From Cenococcum geophilum (taxonomy: Eukaryota): 64,000 bases of DNA. The notes beneath the pieces are model-generated. The model was not told where the DNA came from and did no database searches. It saw only the letters and a program-made list of their open reading frames with translations. A program made the position numbers and the translations under genes. Where the stretch lies: assembly GCA_050273025.1 (NCBI GenBank), contig CP158635.1, positions 9,114,001 through 9,178,000 on the forward strand, written 5' to 3'. This document shows positions 1 to 12,024 of the stretch, piece by piece (positions within the stretch are counted from its first letter, which is position 1; every line of letters begins with the position of its first letter).

Positions 1-166
1 TAGGGTTATAGTGATGTTGGTTAATAAAGCTTTTTAATTGGAATGAGGAAGGGCGAGGAGCTTAAGGCTCCTCGCCACGCTAGTGCCGCGGCGACACGTG
101 ATGGCAACTTGCCATCACGTGACGGCAGTTTGCCGTACGTGACGGCAAATTGCCTTATTCCCGACA
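1..166 (-). mobile_element. Partial LTR of a Ty1/copia retrotransposon (same family as 55646-61794); element continues left of the window
   Basis: Near-identical to the LTRs at 55646-55852 and 61588-61794 and ends in ...CCCGACA; abuts the truncated gypsy pol at 167. Confidence 0.9.
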
Positions 167-3100
167 CTAAGTTAGCCTAGTTTAATAATAAATTTAACGA
201 AACTAGTCTTCCTTATAAAGAACTTATATTTCTTAATTGCTACTAGTATTTGTTCTTTTTATAGTCTCTTTAAGACCTATTTAACGTGTTCCCTGTATTT
301 TTCCTTAGTTATTAAGTAGATAATAATAATATTAAGATATACCATAACAAATTAATTTAAGTATTCTCCTAATATATTGTTAATATACTTTTAAAATATT
401 ACTAGTATATTTATAAGCCCGAATTATATAACTAATAGTTTATATAGTCCTTCTTTTAATTTAAAGGCTGCTTTTTATTTATTGCCTTCCTTAATCCTAA
501 TCTAATAGTACGCCCATCTTAGATCTATCTTTATAAAGATTTGCATATTACCTATCCTATTTTAAATTTCGCTAATTAAGGGTAAAGGATACGTATCCTT
601 CCTAGTAATGCTATTTAACTATTTATAGTTAATACACAGCCTTAGTTTACTATTTTTCTTTAGTATAAATAGTACTGGATATCCCGCTGATAACTATAAT
701 AGTCTAATATATCCTTTTTATAGATTTTCTTAGATAAACTCCTTTAATGCTCTACCTTCCTCTTTAGTAAGCTTATAGATTAGAAAGAACCTTAGACTTA
801 TTTCTAGTTCTAATTCTATTTTATAGTTCTATGCTATATACTTTAATAGCTTTTTACTTTCTGGTAACTATAGTTTCTTGCCGTATTTATGGTATCTTTT
901 TAATACGTAGCTTATCCCTTTTTCTGTTTCTTCGTAAGTTGCCCCTACTTAGTACTATACTATCTTAGCCTATTGTTATATCTTACGGCGTTAAGTATCC
1001 CTACTATTAACTTAACCTATAAACTAATTAATTTTTGGATTATATTCCTATAACTAAGGCATTCCTAGTACTGCCTTATTATTCCCTAATAGTAATATAT
1101 TAAAAGACATCTTAATTCATCTCCCTTTAATAGTTAACCAAATAGGTTCTGTTTTAAGATTAATAATACCTCCTCTATAGGCTATTAGATCTCCTAAAAT
1201 TGTTACTAATAGGTAAGGATGCTCCTTTTTCCTATATAGTAAACCTATTCTTTTTAACTGCTGCTAGTAAGATATAGTTCCTTATTACTCTACTATCTAT
1301 TAGCGCCTTAAACTATTAATCTTACTACTTAACTTATAAGTTTAAATATTGTCCCTAAATTTCTTTAAGGGTCTAAGGCTTTATTACTAGTTCCCTCTAA
1401 TTTTATAGGCCTCTACTTTTCCTAACTATTAGCTACTTAATCCTGTTTATACTTAGTCCAACTTTAGCCAATACTTAGTTTACTTTTTATCTTTAATATA
1501 CTATAGATATATATTCTCTAAGTATTCCCACTACTATTATCTATTTAGGCATTCTTCCGTAAGGAATCTTCCTAGCTAAAGTATTAAGTCCCCTTATTTT
1601 TATACTTTTACTAAATGCTAACTATATATATATTTAGCGTTTCTATACTTTGCCTTATTATATATTTAATATATTCTTCTTAAATACTTATAATACTTAT
1701 CCTTAGGTGCTTTATATATATTATATATATTATCTATATATGCGATTTATACTAATATATAATATACTTAGTATCTTAGGTTAACTCTTAGCTTGTTCTT
1801 ATTCTTAAGTTTAAACCTTTCTTATATTAATCTAAGCGTTGCAACTTTATTTATAAATACTAAAATTTATCTTTTACTTCTCTAGTCCTCTAATTACTCC
1901 TTTAGATATTTTAATATTATAATTAAGGCTCCCTTAATATAAGTTATAACCTTTTCTATAATTAGGTGGTCTTAGATAACTTTTTTATTCAGCTATATAT
2001 AGAAATGTTCCTACTTATTATTATATCGTTATCTATACCACTTTTAGTATAGCTGTTTAAGTATATATAGCATATTTATAAGGAAGTATCTTCTTATTAC
2101 TACATTATAATAGCCTTTTATATATCGTTTTTTAAACCTAATTAGAATCCCTAGATCCTCTTCTTATTTTAGTTTAGTAAGCTACTTAGCTCTTAGTATG
2201 CCTACCCTAGGCCTATTAGTAATTTGTTATACCGGTGCTCTATCTTATATACGCCCTAATATACTAGATCTCTTATCTAGTTTCTAATCTTGCTATAAGG
2301 TAATTCTTACTCCAAACTCCTTTATAGTTTTTTTCCTTTCGCGTCTTATAAGTGGATCCTTAAAGTCTTCTTACTTCTTAGTTTTAGTTTATTCGGTGGT
2401 CCTTATTTATATATTAAAGTCTTAGTCCTATAGGATTCTTAATCCTAAGCTTGCTTCTAACTTAAGCTTAGCTCTTACCTTAGTCTAACTAGGCTTAGGT
2501 ATTCTCCTCTTATCTTAAAAGTCTTAAATCTTACTTATCTTATTTTAAGAATCTTATATTTATAGGAAACTCTATCCTAAGCTTATTTATATATCTTTAA
2601 ACTAAGCTACTACTCTACTCTATTGGTTTCTGTCTATTATAGGTCCTTAAGCTTACCTTATTTCGTCTTAAGAATCTTAGTCGTCTTTATCTTATCTTAA
2701 GAATCTTAAGCCTTTAGCCTTTTGCCTTTATTAAGTGCCAAAGTAGTTCACTATTCTACTTCTCTTGCGTCTTATAAAGCGATAAACATCGTGTCTAGTA
2801 GGGTTTTAATCCCTACTAATATTCCTTGTTCTATAGTGGAATTATCCTTTACTTTTAGTATAACATCTCTAAGGTCTATATGCTTCTAGTAAGCTACCTT
2901 TATTACCTTATTATTATAAAATGTTTTACCTACGTTAAATTTATTATCCTTAATGTCTAATCTATAAACTAGTTTATTAGTTTCTCTATACGCTATAGGG
3001 TTCGGCTCCTATAGCTAATAGCTTACGCCATACTTAGCGTCTTTATAAATTTGGTATACGTTATTATAATAAAACGCAAAACTTTTAATTAAATACTCTT

Positions 3101-4719
3101 TTATTCCTTATAGTATACTATTATCCTTCTATATATATATATCTTCTACTATTAGTTTTGTTCCCTTTATTATATAGTAACTCTAACTATCTTTATAATC
3201 CCTTATAAAATAACCTTATTTCCTATAATTTATATAAGCTTCATTTTTAAACTATTAACTTTATTATAGAGTCCGCTTAAACGTCTTTTGCTACTAAGAT
3301 CTCTAGTTTAGCCTTTACTTTTTAGTCCTGTAATTACTAGATCCTTAACCTCTAAGTTTTTATAGTTTCTTACTCCATCTCTTATAGGTTTCTTTAGTAC
3401 TACTTAGGTCTATTAGCTTTGTGCTATACTATAGTTTCTAACTTAGCTTTAGTTATTGCGTACTTTACGCCTTATATAACTATAGAACTCTATCCTAACC
3501 TTTTTTAGCCTACTCCTTTTAGTAGATCTAATTATTAATCTTAATCGCCTAATCTATTAGTTCCCTTAGGGTATCTACATTTTCTATTAGAATAATTACG
3601 TTTTAAACTTTAGCCTTAAGTCCTTGTTTATACCATACTATAAGCGCCCTATTATCCTACTTAACTTATATAGCTAGCGTTTAGAACTATATTGTATACT
3701 TAATTACTAAGGTTTATTACGTAATGTTCTAAAGTTTTCTTTCTGCTATAGTTATACCTTCTGGGTCTCTAAACATTTATATAAGTTGCTCTATAAATCC
3801 TTTCTAGCTTAAAAATATAAATCACACCTTTTAATTAGTGGTCGTTATTTTATTTATCTGTATCTTTATAAGGTAAGGCTTAAACTATTTAAGTGCTCTT
3901 CCTAATAGGAATAGTCCCGTATAGGCTATTTAATCTATAGGTGTTAGTAGCTTTACCCCTTCCTGTGTAACTTTAAAGTGCATTTATATAAGAAATCCTT
4001 TAAGCTTTAATCTTTCTCCTAAGTATCTCTTAATTAATAGTAGCTTAATCTTCGCCGTTTCTATCCTATTAACCCTTTCTTCTAGTGCTGCATTATTAGT
4101 TATTAACCGGTTAATTACCTCTTATAATTATCTAACAGTTATAGGTTGCTATAAGTTAGTATTTGCTATACTGGTGTTATCTACTAACCTTAATATAGTT
4201 GCCGCCGTTATTAGCGTTATAGTGGCTGCTTTTAGTGTCATATTGTTTAACTTTCGGTATTTAATACTATAACTAGGTAGTAATTGTATAACGGAACCTT
4301 ATAGTAGAAACTCTAATAGGCTTATTATTAGGCTAGGTGTATAGGTAATATAAATTAAAGTTAACAATATAATAATAACTAGTGGAGTGGTTACCTAATA
4401 GATTAACTCTAATTGTATTCCAAGAATTACTATAAGGAAGGAACTATCTAGGTAGGGATTAAGGGTCCTTAAATACACAACCGTACTCCTATAAAATCCT
4501 TCTTATATATAATATATATATGCTCTATCTGCTTTATTATAGATCTTATAAATTATATAGATTATATAGATTATATAGATTATATTATGTGACCTTAGTT
4601 ACTATTCCTTATTATATAGCTCTATCGGCTCCATTTTAGACCGTGCTCTAATTAACCAACTAGCTTCTTTTGACTCTTCCTTAAGTAGTCATAACATCGT
4701 ACTTAAAGCGTCCGTAACA
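167..4719 (-). mobile_element. Ty3/gypsy LTR retrotransposon copy A (5' LTR, gag, protease, RT), RIP-degraded and interrupted at 166/167 by the copia LTR
   Basis: LTR at 4287-4719 is the reverse complement of 8668-9089. Gag ATG at 4241; zinc-knuckle relic 'AYINYRK*GYFIRDYK' (~3190-3240, = CxxCGKxGHFARDC). 167-1268 is the reverse complement of pol at 4721-~5820. Confidence 0.9.
4287..4719 (-). repeat. 5' LTR of gypsy copy A (~430 bp)
   Basis: Ends ...CGTCCGTAACA on + (TGTTACGGACG on -); matches LTR 8668-9089 in inverted orientation. Confidence 0.88.
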
Positions 4720-7700
4720 ACTAGCAGCAGTTAAAAAAAAATAGGGTTACTATATAGGAAAAAGGAGTATCCTTACCTATTAGTAATAATTTTAGAAGAT
4801 CCGATAGCCTATAAAGGAGGTATTATTAACCTTAAAATAGGACCTATTTAGTTAACTATTAAAGGGAAATAAATTAAGATGTCTTTTAATATATTACTAT
4901 TAGGGAATAATAAGGCAGTACTAGGAATGCCTTAGTTATAGAAATATAATCAAAAGATCGATTAGGTTATAGGTTAAGTTAATATTAGTAATACTTAACG
5001 CTATAAGATGCAATAATAAGCTAAGTTAGTATAGTACTAAGTCAGAGCAATATATAAAGAGACTAAGCAAGGCTTAAGTTATATACTAAAGAGATATTAT
5101 AAGTATGGTAAGAAACTATAGTTACCAAAAAGTAAAACGCTGTTAGAGTATATAGTATAGGGCTATAAGATAGAATTAGAACTAGGAATAAGTCTAAGAT
5201 TCTTTCTAATCTATAAGCTTACTAAAGAGGAAGGTAGAGCATTAAAGGAGTTTATCTAAGAAAATTTATAAAAGGGATATATTAGACTATCGCAGTTATC
5301 AGCGGGTTATCTAGTACTATTTATACCAAAAAAATAGCAAACTAAGGCTGTGTATTAACTATAAATAGTTAAATAGTATTACTAGAAAGAATAGGTATTC
5401 TTTACCCTTAATTAGTAGGATTTAAGATAGAATAGGTAATACGCAAATCTTTATAAAGATAGATCTAAGATAGGCGTACCATTAAATTAGAATTAAGGAA
5501 GGTAATAAATAAAAAGCAGCCTTTAGGTTAAAGAAAGGACTATATAAACTATTAGTTATACAATTTAGGCTTATAAACGCACTAGCGACGTTCTAAAAGC
5601 GTATTAATAATATATTAGGAGAATACTTAAATTAATTTATTATAGTATATCTTAATAATATTATTATTTACTTAATAAGTAAGGAAGAATATAGAGAATA
5701 TGTTAAATAGGTTTTAAAGAGACTATAAAAGGAACAGATACTAGTAGTAATTAAAAAATACAAGTTCTCCACTAGAAAGACCGATTTTATTAGATTTATT
5801 ATTAAATTAGGCTAACTTAGTATAGATCTAAAGAAGATTAAGACTATAGTAAATTAGTAAGAACTAGAGAACATTATGCAGTTAAGATTATTTTTAGGGT
5901 TTTATAATTACTATAGAAAGTTTATAGCGTAATAGTTAAAGGATATTAAACTATTTACGTAATTAATAAATAAAAAAAACTATAGGTATAGGGTAAAGAG
6001 TAATAAGAGTTATTTAAATAAGTTAAGGAATTATTTACCTAGGAGCTAGTTTTTAAAATCTATTAACTAGGATTAGAGGCGGTTATAAAAATAGATATAT
6101 TAAACTATATACTAGGAGTATACTTTATATAGAAATATTAAAATAGATAGCACCTAATGGCATATTATAGTTGGAAGATAATACTACTAAAGTTAAACTA
6201 TAATATCTATAATAAGGAGTTATTAGGTATAATTATAGTACTAAAAAAATAGAAAGTATTCTTATAATATACTAAAAAACTATTTAGAGTTAAGATAGAT
6301 TATAAAAACCTAATAGGATTTCTAATAATAAAGGAACTTAACTAAAGATAGGTTAGATAGGCAGAAATGCTTATAGAATACTATTTTAAGATTTAGTATA
6401 CTAAGGGTATAGATAATATAAGAGCAGACGCTTTAAGTTAAAAGGCTAAACTATAGAACGATAAAAAGCTATTAGGGGCTTTACTATAAAAAGACATAGA
6501 TAGACTAATTAGATATAATTATCTAAAAATTATAGTAACTTAAAAAGAACTAGATAGAGTTTATAAGTTATTAGAAAGCTTTTAGGTATAAAATTTTTTA
6601 AAGGTATAGCTAGAAAATCTATAGATAGATATATATAAATATAAAGAAGTAAAGTATATCCTAAGAAGTATAGCAGAATAATTTATAAAAGATTTCTATA
6701 AGGGATTAACTTAAGGATATAATAGAGCCGCGAACTTAGTATTAAGACTCTAGGAGGAGTATATTATTAATAGAATTTAGGGCTTAGCGCGAAAAATTAC
6801 TAAAAAAATATCTAAATTATTAAAGAAATAAACTAATAAGGTATAAGCTATATAGAGGGCTCTAACCTATTAAGATACTAGAGAAACTATAGGAAGTTAT
6901 ATTTTAGGACTTTATTATTAAGTTACTAAAGTTAAGAGATCATATTACTAGATAAGATTATAACGCGATTTTGGTAATAATAGACAAGCTTATAAAGTGG
7001 GTATACTTTATAGCATATATAGAAGAAATATTAGTAAAAGATATCGCTAAAATCTATATTAAAGAAGTATTTATAAGATATAGGGTACTAAGTAAGATTA
7101 TATTAGATAGAGATCTAAGATTTATAGTAGTATTTTAGGAGGTATTCTTAGCGGAATAAGGAGTTAGAGTAGTAACTTCTACTATATATTATCCGCAGAC
7201 AGACGGTTAAATAGAAAGATTAAATTAGATACTAAAACAGTATCTAAAACACTATATTAATCACGCGTAGAATAATTAGGTATTACTATTACTAGTTATA
7301 TAGTTTATATATAATGCAACGCTATAAAAAGGAATAGGTATATTACTATTTAAGGTAAATTATAAATATAAGCTAAGGATATTGTTATTACTATAGTAAG
7401 TAAAGAAAATAAGTAGTATAGCTAAAGAAAGAATAAAGATATTAATAAATCTTTATATAGACCTTGTGGGATTAGTAAAGAAGGTATAAGAAAGAATAAA
7501 AAAGTACTATAATACTAAGAGATTTAAGGGATTAGATCTTAAGGAGGGAGATAAAGTATAGGTACTATATAAAAATTTTAAGTGTTAACAATTAAGTAAG
7601 AAGTTAGACTATATTAAACTAGGACCTTTTAAAATTATTTAAAGGATTTTACTAGTTACGTTTAAGTTAAACCTACTAGCTAAAATAAAGATCTGCCCTA

Positions 7701-7959
7701 TATAGTATATTATAATGCTAAAGCTAGTATATAGGAATATTAAGCCGCTAGTTTATAAAGTAGATATATATAGAGGGTAAGAAGAGAATAAATAGTAAGT
7801 TTTAAGAATTATTAGTTATAAGGACATTAACAATAAAATATAGTATAAGGTAAAGTGGATAGGCTATAATAAGACTGCCTAGAAACCACTAGAGAACCTA
7901 AAAAACGCTATAGGAAAGGTATAGGAGTATTAAAAAAGATTAGGTTAGGCAGTATTAAT

Positions 7960-8559
7960 AAAGAGAGATCGCTAAAGAATAAGCTACTTAAGGGGGACTT
8001 AAGAAGAGTAGTTGCCAAACTACTTAGATCTATTCCCTTCTTAGCTAGAAGAGAATCCGTTCTCTTATTACTAAGTTCTTATAAACCCTATTTTATAAGC
8101 TTCTACTTCTTAAAATAAACCTTTTTATAAACCTTTTTAAGACGAAGTAACTAAGCGGACGCTATAATACGGGCTTTAAGAGCCTTCTGCTCTATATTAT
8201 AAGAACGTTTTAACTTAGTAAGGGTTTAAGATAGTTTACTATCTAGTTATGTAGTAGTAGATTAAACATAAAACCCTAAGATAAATTAACTAGGGAACTA
8301 GACGACTATTTAGAATAATAGGTTGCGTATATTTAGTATTAGAGGTAAAGCAAATGTTATAGGACGAATAAATATTTACTTTAGTATATTTTAAATAAGA
8401 GGACGGTTATTATAAGGATAGACTTACTAATATAATATAAACTAACCCCTCTTTTAAACAACAAGAATATAAAGATAGTATAATTTTACTAAGTAATAAT
8501 ATTGCAGCAATAGTGCGAGTACGACGTTGGGCGTATAAAGAAGAAGAAGCTTTAGGTAT
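7960..8559 (-). pseudogene. Antisense extra ORF of the gypsy element, Cys-rich (Zn-cluster-like) plus a charged, coiled-coil-like tail
   Basis: Minus strand reads 'IPKASSSLYAQRRTRTIAAILLLSKIILSLYSCCLKEGLVY...SSYLKYTKVNIYSSYN', which reverts to M...CSRCSKEGLVC...SCSECTK...SC. Confidence 0.6.
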
Positions 8560-8667
8560 AATAAGTAACAATATTAACTAAATTAATTAGACGGATATTA
8601 TACCTCTAGTAAATAACTTAAAGATACTAGAAATCTTTAAGGATAAAGATAAAGAGGAAGGAGATAG

Positions 8668-9089
8668 TATTACGGACGCTTTAAGTATAATATTATAACT
8701 ACTAGGAAAGGAGTTAAAAGAAGCTAGTTAGTTAATATAGACACGGTCTAAAATAGAGCTAATAGAACTATATAATAAGGAATAGTAGCTAAGGTTATAT
8801 AACGTGCTACGTATTAAATAAGAGGAACGGGAGAAACTTACGTACCTTATATATAAGACGTATATTACGTATAAAAAGGATTTTATAGAAGTATAGTTAT
8901 ATATTTAAGGACCTTAGTCCCTACCTAGATAGTTCTTTCCTTGTAGTAATTCTTAAAATATAATTAGAGTTAATCTATTAGGCAACCACTCTACCAGTTA
9001 TTATTACGTTATTAACTTTAATTTGCATTACCTACACACCTAGCCTAATAATGAGCCTATTGTAGTACCTGCTACAAGGTTCCGTTATA
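8668..9089 (+). repeat. 3' LTR of gypsy copy B (~420 bp)
   Basis: TATTACGGACG...GGTTCCGTTATA (RIPed TG...CA termini); inverted match to 4287-4719. Confidence 0.88.
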
Positions 9090-11823
9090 TTAACTTTTCG
9101 CTTATTTATAGACTTTAATTAAGGATTAGCTTTTTGCAATGGTTAAATAGTAAGTTCTTTTTTAGGATCTTGCGACTTAAGTATAAGAGCTATAGGAGTC
9201 CGAAAGCCTTAAGTAATAAATAGATGGCTGAGGTTTTAATATTGAGCTAGACTTAGCTCCCTAATAGTAGGCTTTTCTTTTCCAATTTCTTTTTATAGAG
9301 CATATTAAGTTATATATGGGAAATCATAAAGATAAAACGCTTATAATAGTATATAGCGAAGCTATCGGTCTTCTATAAATCTATACTTTAAATAGCGCTA
9401 CTAGCTTATCTCCAAGAACGGTATAATTAAGTTTTTAGGATAATAATAGTAAGCTTTAAAGCTCTAACGAATTGTTTGTTTTATTTTATTGCTAATTAAA
9501 TGCTTTAGTATAATATAATAAGGTTTTAGGTATTTAAGGTTCTTAAAAAAGGTTCTTAATAAAGGAATTAAACAATCTATTAAAGAAATGTTCTATAAAA
9601 TAAGGTCTCTTATTAACTGGTCTAAAATAGCTAGGAAAATCTTTCTGGACTTTATTAGCGCGGTAATACAATTTATATTAGCTTTTAAGATAGTTAGTAT
9701 AAGTAGTTTTAGATTTTAAATAGTGTTTAGATCTACTACTAATAGGGGTAAATCTATATTACTATAGCTAATAATCTTCTTCTAAATTTTAGAGATATAG
9801 TTAAGTCCATAAAGTAGTTCCTAGTTTATTTAGCTAGCACTCTTTATAAGCAAGTAGAGAATAATATACCTTATTATATTTAAGCGTTAAGAATTTATAT
9901 AGCGCTCCGATCTAAATTGGTTCCTATAGGCCTTATATTTTTACTAGGGCATTAAATACTATCGCAAAGTGGGAATTCTTAAGAAGTTGTCTTAGATTAT
10001 TTAGCTTAGACCTATCTAATAGGGCCTACTATCTATTCTCTAATTTCGTGTCATTCTTAAAATGATAGTATTATATTTTGCGAAATACTTCCCCGTTTAA
10101 CGGTTTCTGTTTATTTAAGTATTTTTTAATTATCCTTATAAGGACTATTTGTGGGAGATCTGTAATAGATTTTTTAGCTAAAAAATTAAGACACTTAAGT
10201 AAACGCGCTTACCTTTAGAGAAGAGCCTCATTATTTACTATTGGTTATTATCGTCTAAAAATTCTTTAGTAGCTTTAATATGATATAAGCCTCTAAGGTA
10301 GTTTATACTCCTTAGGCTAATAAACAGTATTAAGTTATCCTTCTAAAGTTAATAAAAACGTTATTTATTAAGACCTAAAAAGGCTAGTAACGAGATAAGA
10401 GCCATATTGTCTATAATAGTATTAATAAAAATATCTTTTTCTAGCCTTTTATAACCTACTCTTTTAAATACATTTTTAAGGCGGCGGACGTTTTTTTTAG
10501 ATAGTAACCGATGTTTTTTACGTATAAGAGGATAGTTAAAATTAAGTGCCCTAAGTTTTATTTTCGCTATATCTAGGTAGTTCCGCGCCTTAAGTATAAA
10601 CAGCTTATCCGTGGCCTTCGTAGCTGCGCCTTGACCACCCACCCGAAGGGTAGGTGGTGGACATCCAAATCGCCAGGACACCTCAATCGCCAGAATTGAT
10701 CAACTTTCTTAAATATTTAATTACTACACAACCACCACAATAAGTAATTATCTATGAATTGAAAACTAGGTCGCTTGCCTTACTTAAGCCATCTATAATA
10801 GTATATATTTTTTAATTATAAAGGTAATGCATAAAATTTATAATTTATACGGTCGCATTAAACAACGCGTTACTAGACAAAAGTCTTAATTAAATTGATC
10901 TATAATAAGTAGATAACTTAATAATTATAAAAAAGGAAGTACTATATTATAAATAATAAAAAAAAAATATTATTAGGTAACGCCTTAGCATTTTTATGCT
11001 TAAATAATTTATTAATTATATCCCTATTAACTGTTATATAGATTTTACTAAACTACTATTTATTTATAGTACTAAATAGGCTATATACTTCTGAAATATA
11101 TATTTATAAAAATAGTAACTAAAGTAACTAAAGTAGTGTTTATAGAGGCTATACTTTACCTACTTAGCCTAAAAAAAGTATTTAATAAACTGCCTTTATT
11201 ATATAAGACTACACAAAAAAAAACTTAATATTAAAGACTATTAATATTATTATATTAAAGATAATTAGGCAGATAAGTAACTTAACTTAGTATATTAAAT
11301 ATAATTAGTAAAAATAGGAAAATAAAAACCTAAATAAGGCTATATAAAAATATGTCTATAAAGTAAATACTTAATTTTAAGCTTTTAAACCCTTTAAATA
11401 GTAATTAAAAAACACTAAAATTAAAATTAAGTAATGCTAAAAGTAAAAAGCCAATACTAAAAAGGTTATATAAAAATTTGGGGTAATTATTATAGCTAAA
11501 GGCCGTTTATTAGCTAAAAAAAGAAAAATAGATAATAAAAAAAAGCTCACAAATAAGCGTAAAAAGAAGGCTAAATCACTAATACTAGAGCTTAAGACTT
11601 TTAATAACGCTAGGGATAAATATAATAAATATAATAAAGCGTATAAGCAGTAGAAAGACTTATAATTATTAATGTGGTGGTGTTATATAATTAATTCTTT
11701 TAAACTCTGGCGATTGAGGTGTCCTGGCGATTTGGATGTCCACCACCCACCCTTTAGGTGGGTGGTTAAGGCGCAGCTACGAAGGCCACGGATAGAGTTA
11801 TCTATAGTTATAGGAAGAGCTAT
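9090..11823 (-). pseudogene. DUF3723 protein (Starship-associated), interrupted by a TIR element near its 5' end and cut at its 3' side by gypsy B
   Basis: ORF-track peptide 'KNVRRLKNVFKRVGYKRLE..FINTIID', then 'NYLRGLYHIKATKEFLDDNNQ**IMRL' (CLxGxHR...WWxVxL) and 'YLNKQKPLNGEVFRKI' (YSNE..P.DGE.FRKI), which are recognisable DUF3723 N-terminal motifs. Confidence 0.8.
10608..11792 (+). mobile_element. Non-autonomous Tc1/mariner (pogo/Fot1-like) DNA transposon derivative
   Basis: GC-rich terminal inverted repeats TCCGTGGCCTTCGTAGCTGCGCC... / ...GGCGCAGCTACGAAGGCCACGGA (~85 bp well matched, weaker to ~140 bp); TA on both sides (10606-7, 11793-4); interior very AT-rich and too short for a full transposase. 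Confidence 0.85.
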
Positions 11824-12024
11824 TACTTATACTAAGAGCTTAATATTCCTACTAATGTGGGAGACTTAAAGCTCTTTTATGGGAAATATTAGTTAGAACC
11901 AAATATTAAAACTAAAATTTTTAATTTAGTATTTTAATTATACTATCTTATAGATTATAAAACTGTATTAGGCGGCACGAAGTAGAATTAAATTTTTAGG
12001 AAACTATAAATATTTAAATATATA

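Larger units (their letters stand above)
4720..9089 (+). mobile_element. Ty3/gypsy (chromovirus) copy B, 3' half: protease end, RT, RNase H, integrase, chromodomain, 3' LTR
   Basis: RIPed motifs: 'VYLNN' (YLDD, ~5645), 'YPQTDG*IERLN' integrase (~7190), 'LGPF' (~7620), chromodomain 'YKVKWIGY...*KPLENL' (~7845-7900); purine tract just before the LTR at 8668. Confidence 0.92.

Noticed and set aside
96..154. CRISPR-like palindromic repeats
   Set aside because: The units are contiguous without spacers, lie inside a retrotransposon LTR, and the context is eukaryotic.
4287..9089. Single element with inverted LTRs (DIRS-like)
   Set aside because: Better explained by two same-family gypsy copies in opposite orientation; the pol has a DDE integrase and chromodomain and is duplicated in inverted form.
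10361..10681. 106-aa ORF as a real gene
   Set aside because: It is a chimera: the N-terminus comes from the transposon TIR and the rest is a fragment of the DUF3723 pseudogene.
11672..11869. 65-aa ORF
   Set aside because: It reads through the right TIR and mirrors the previous ORF; not a gene.
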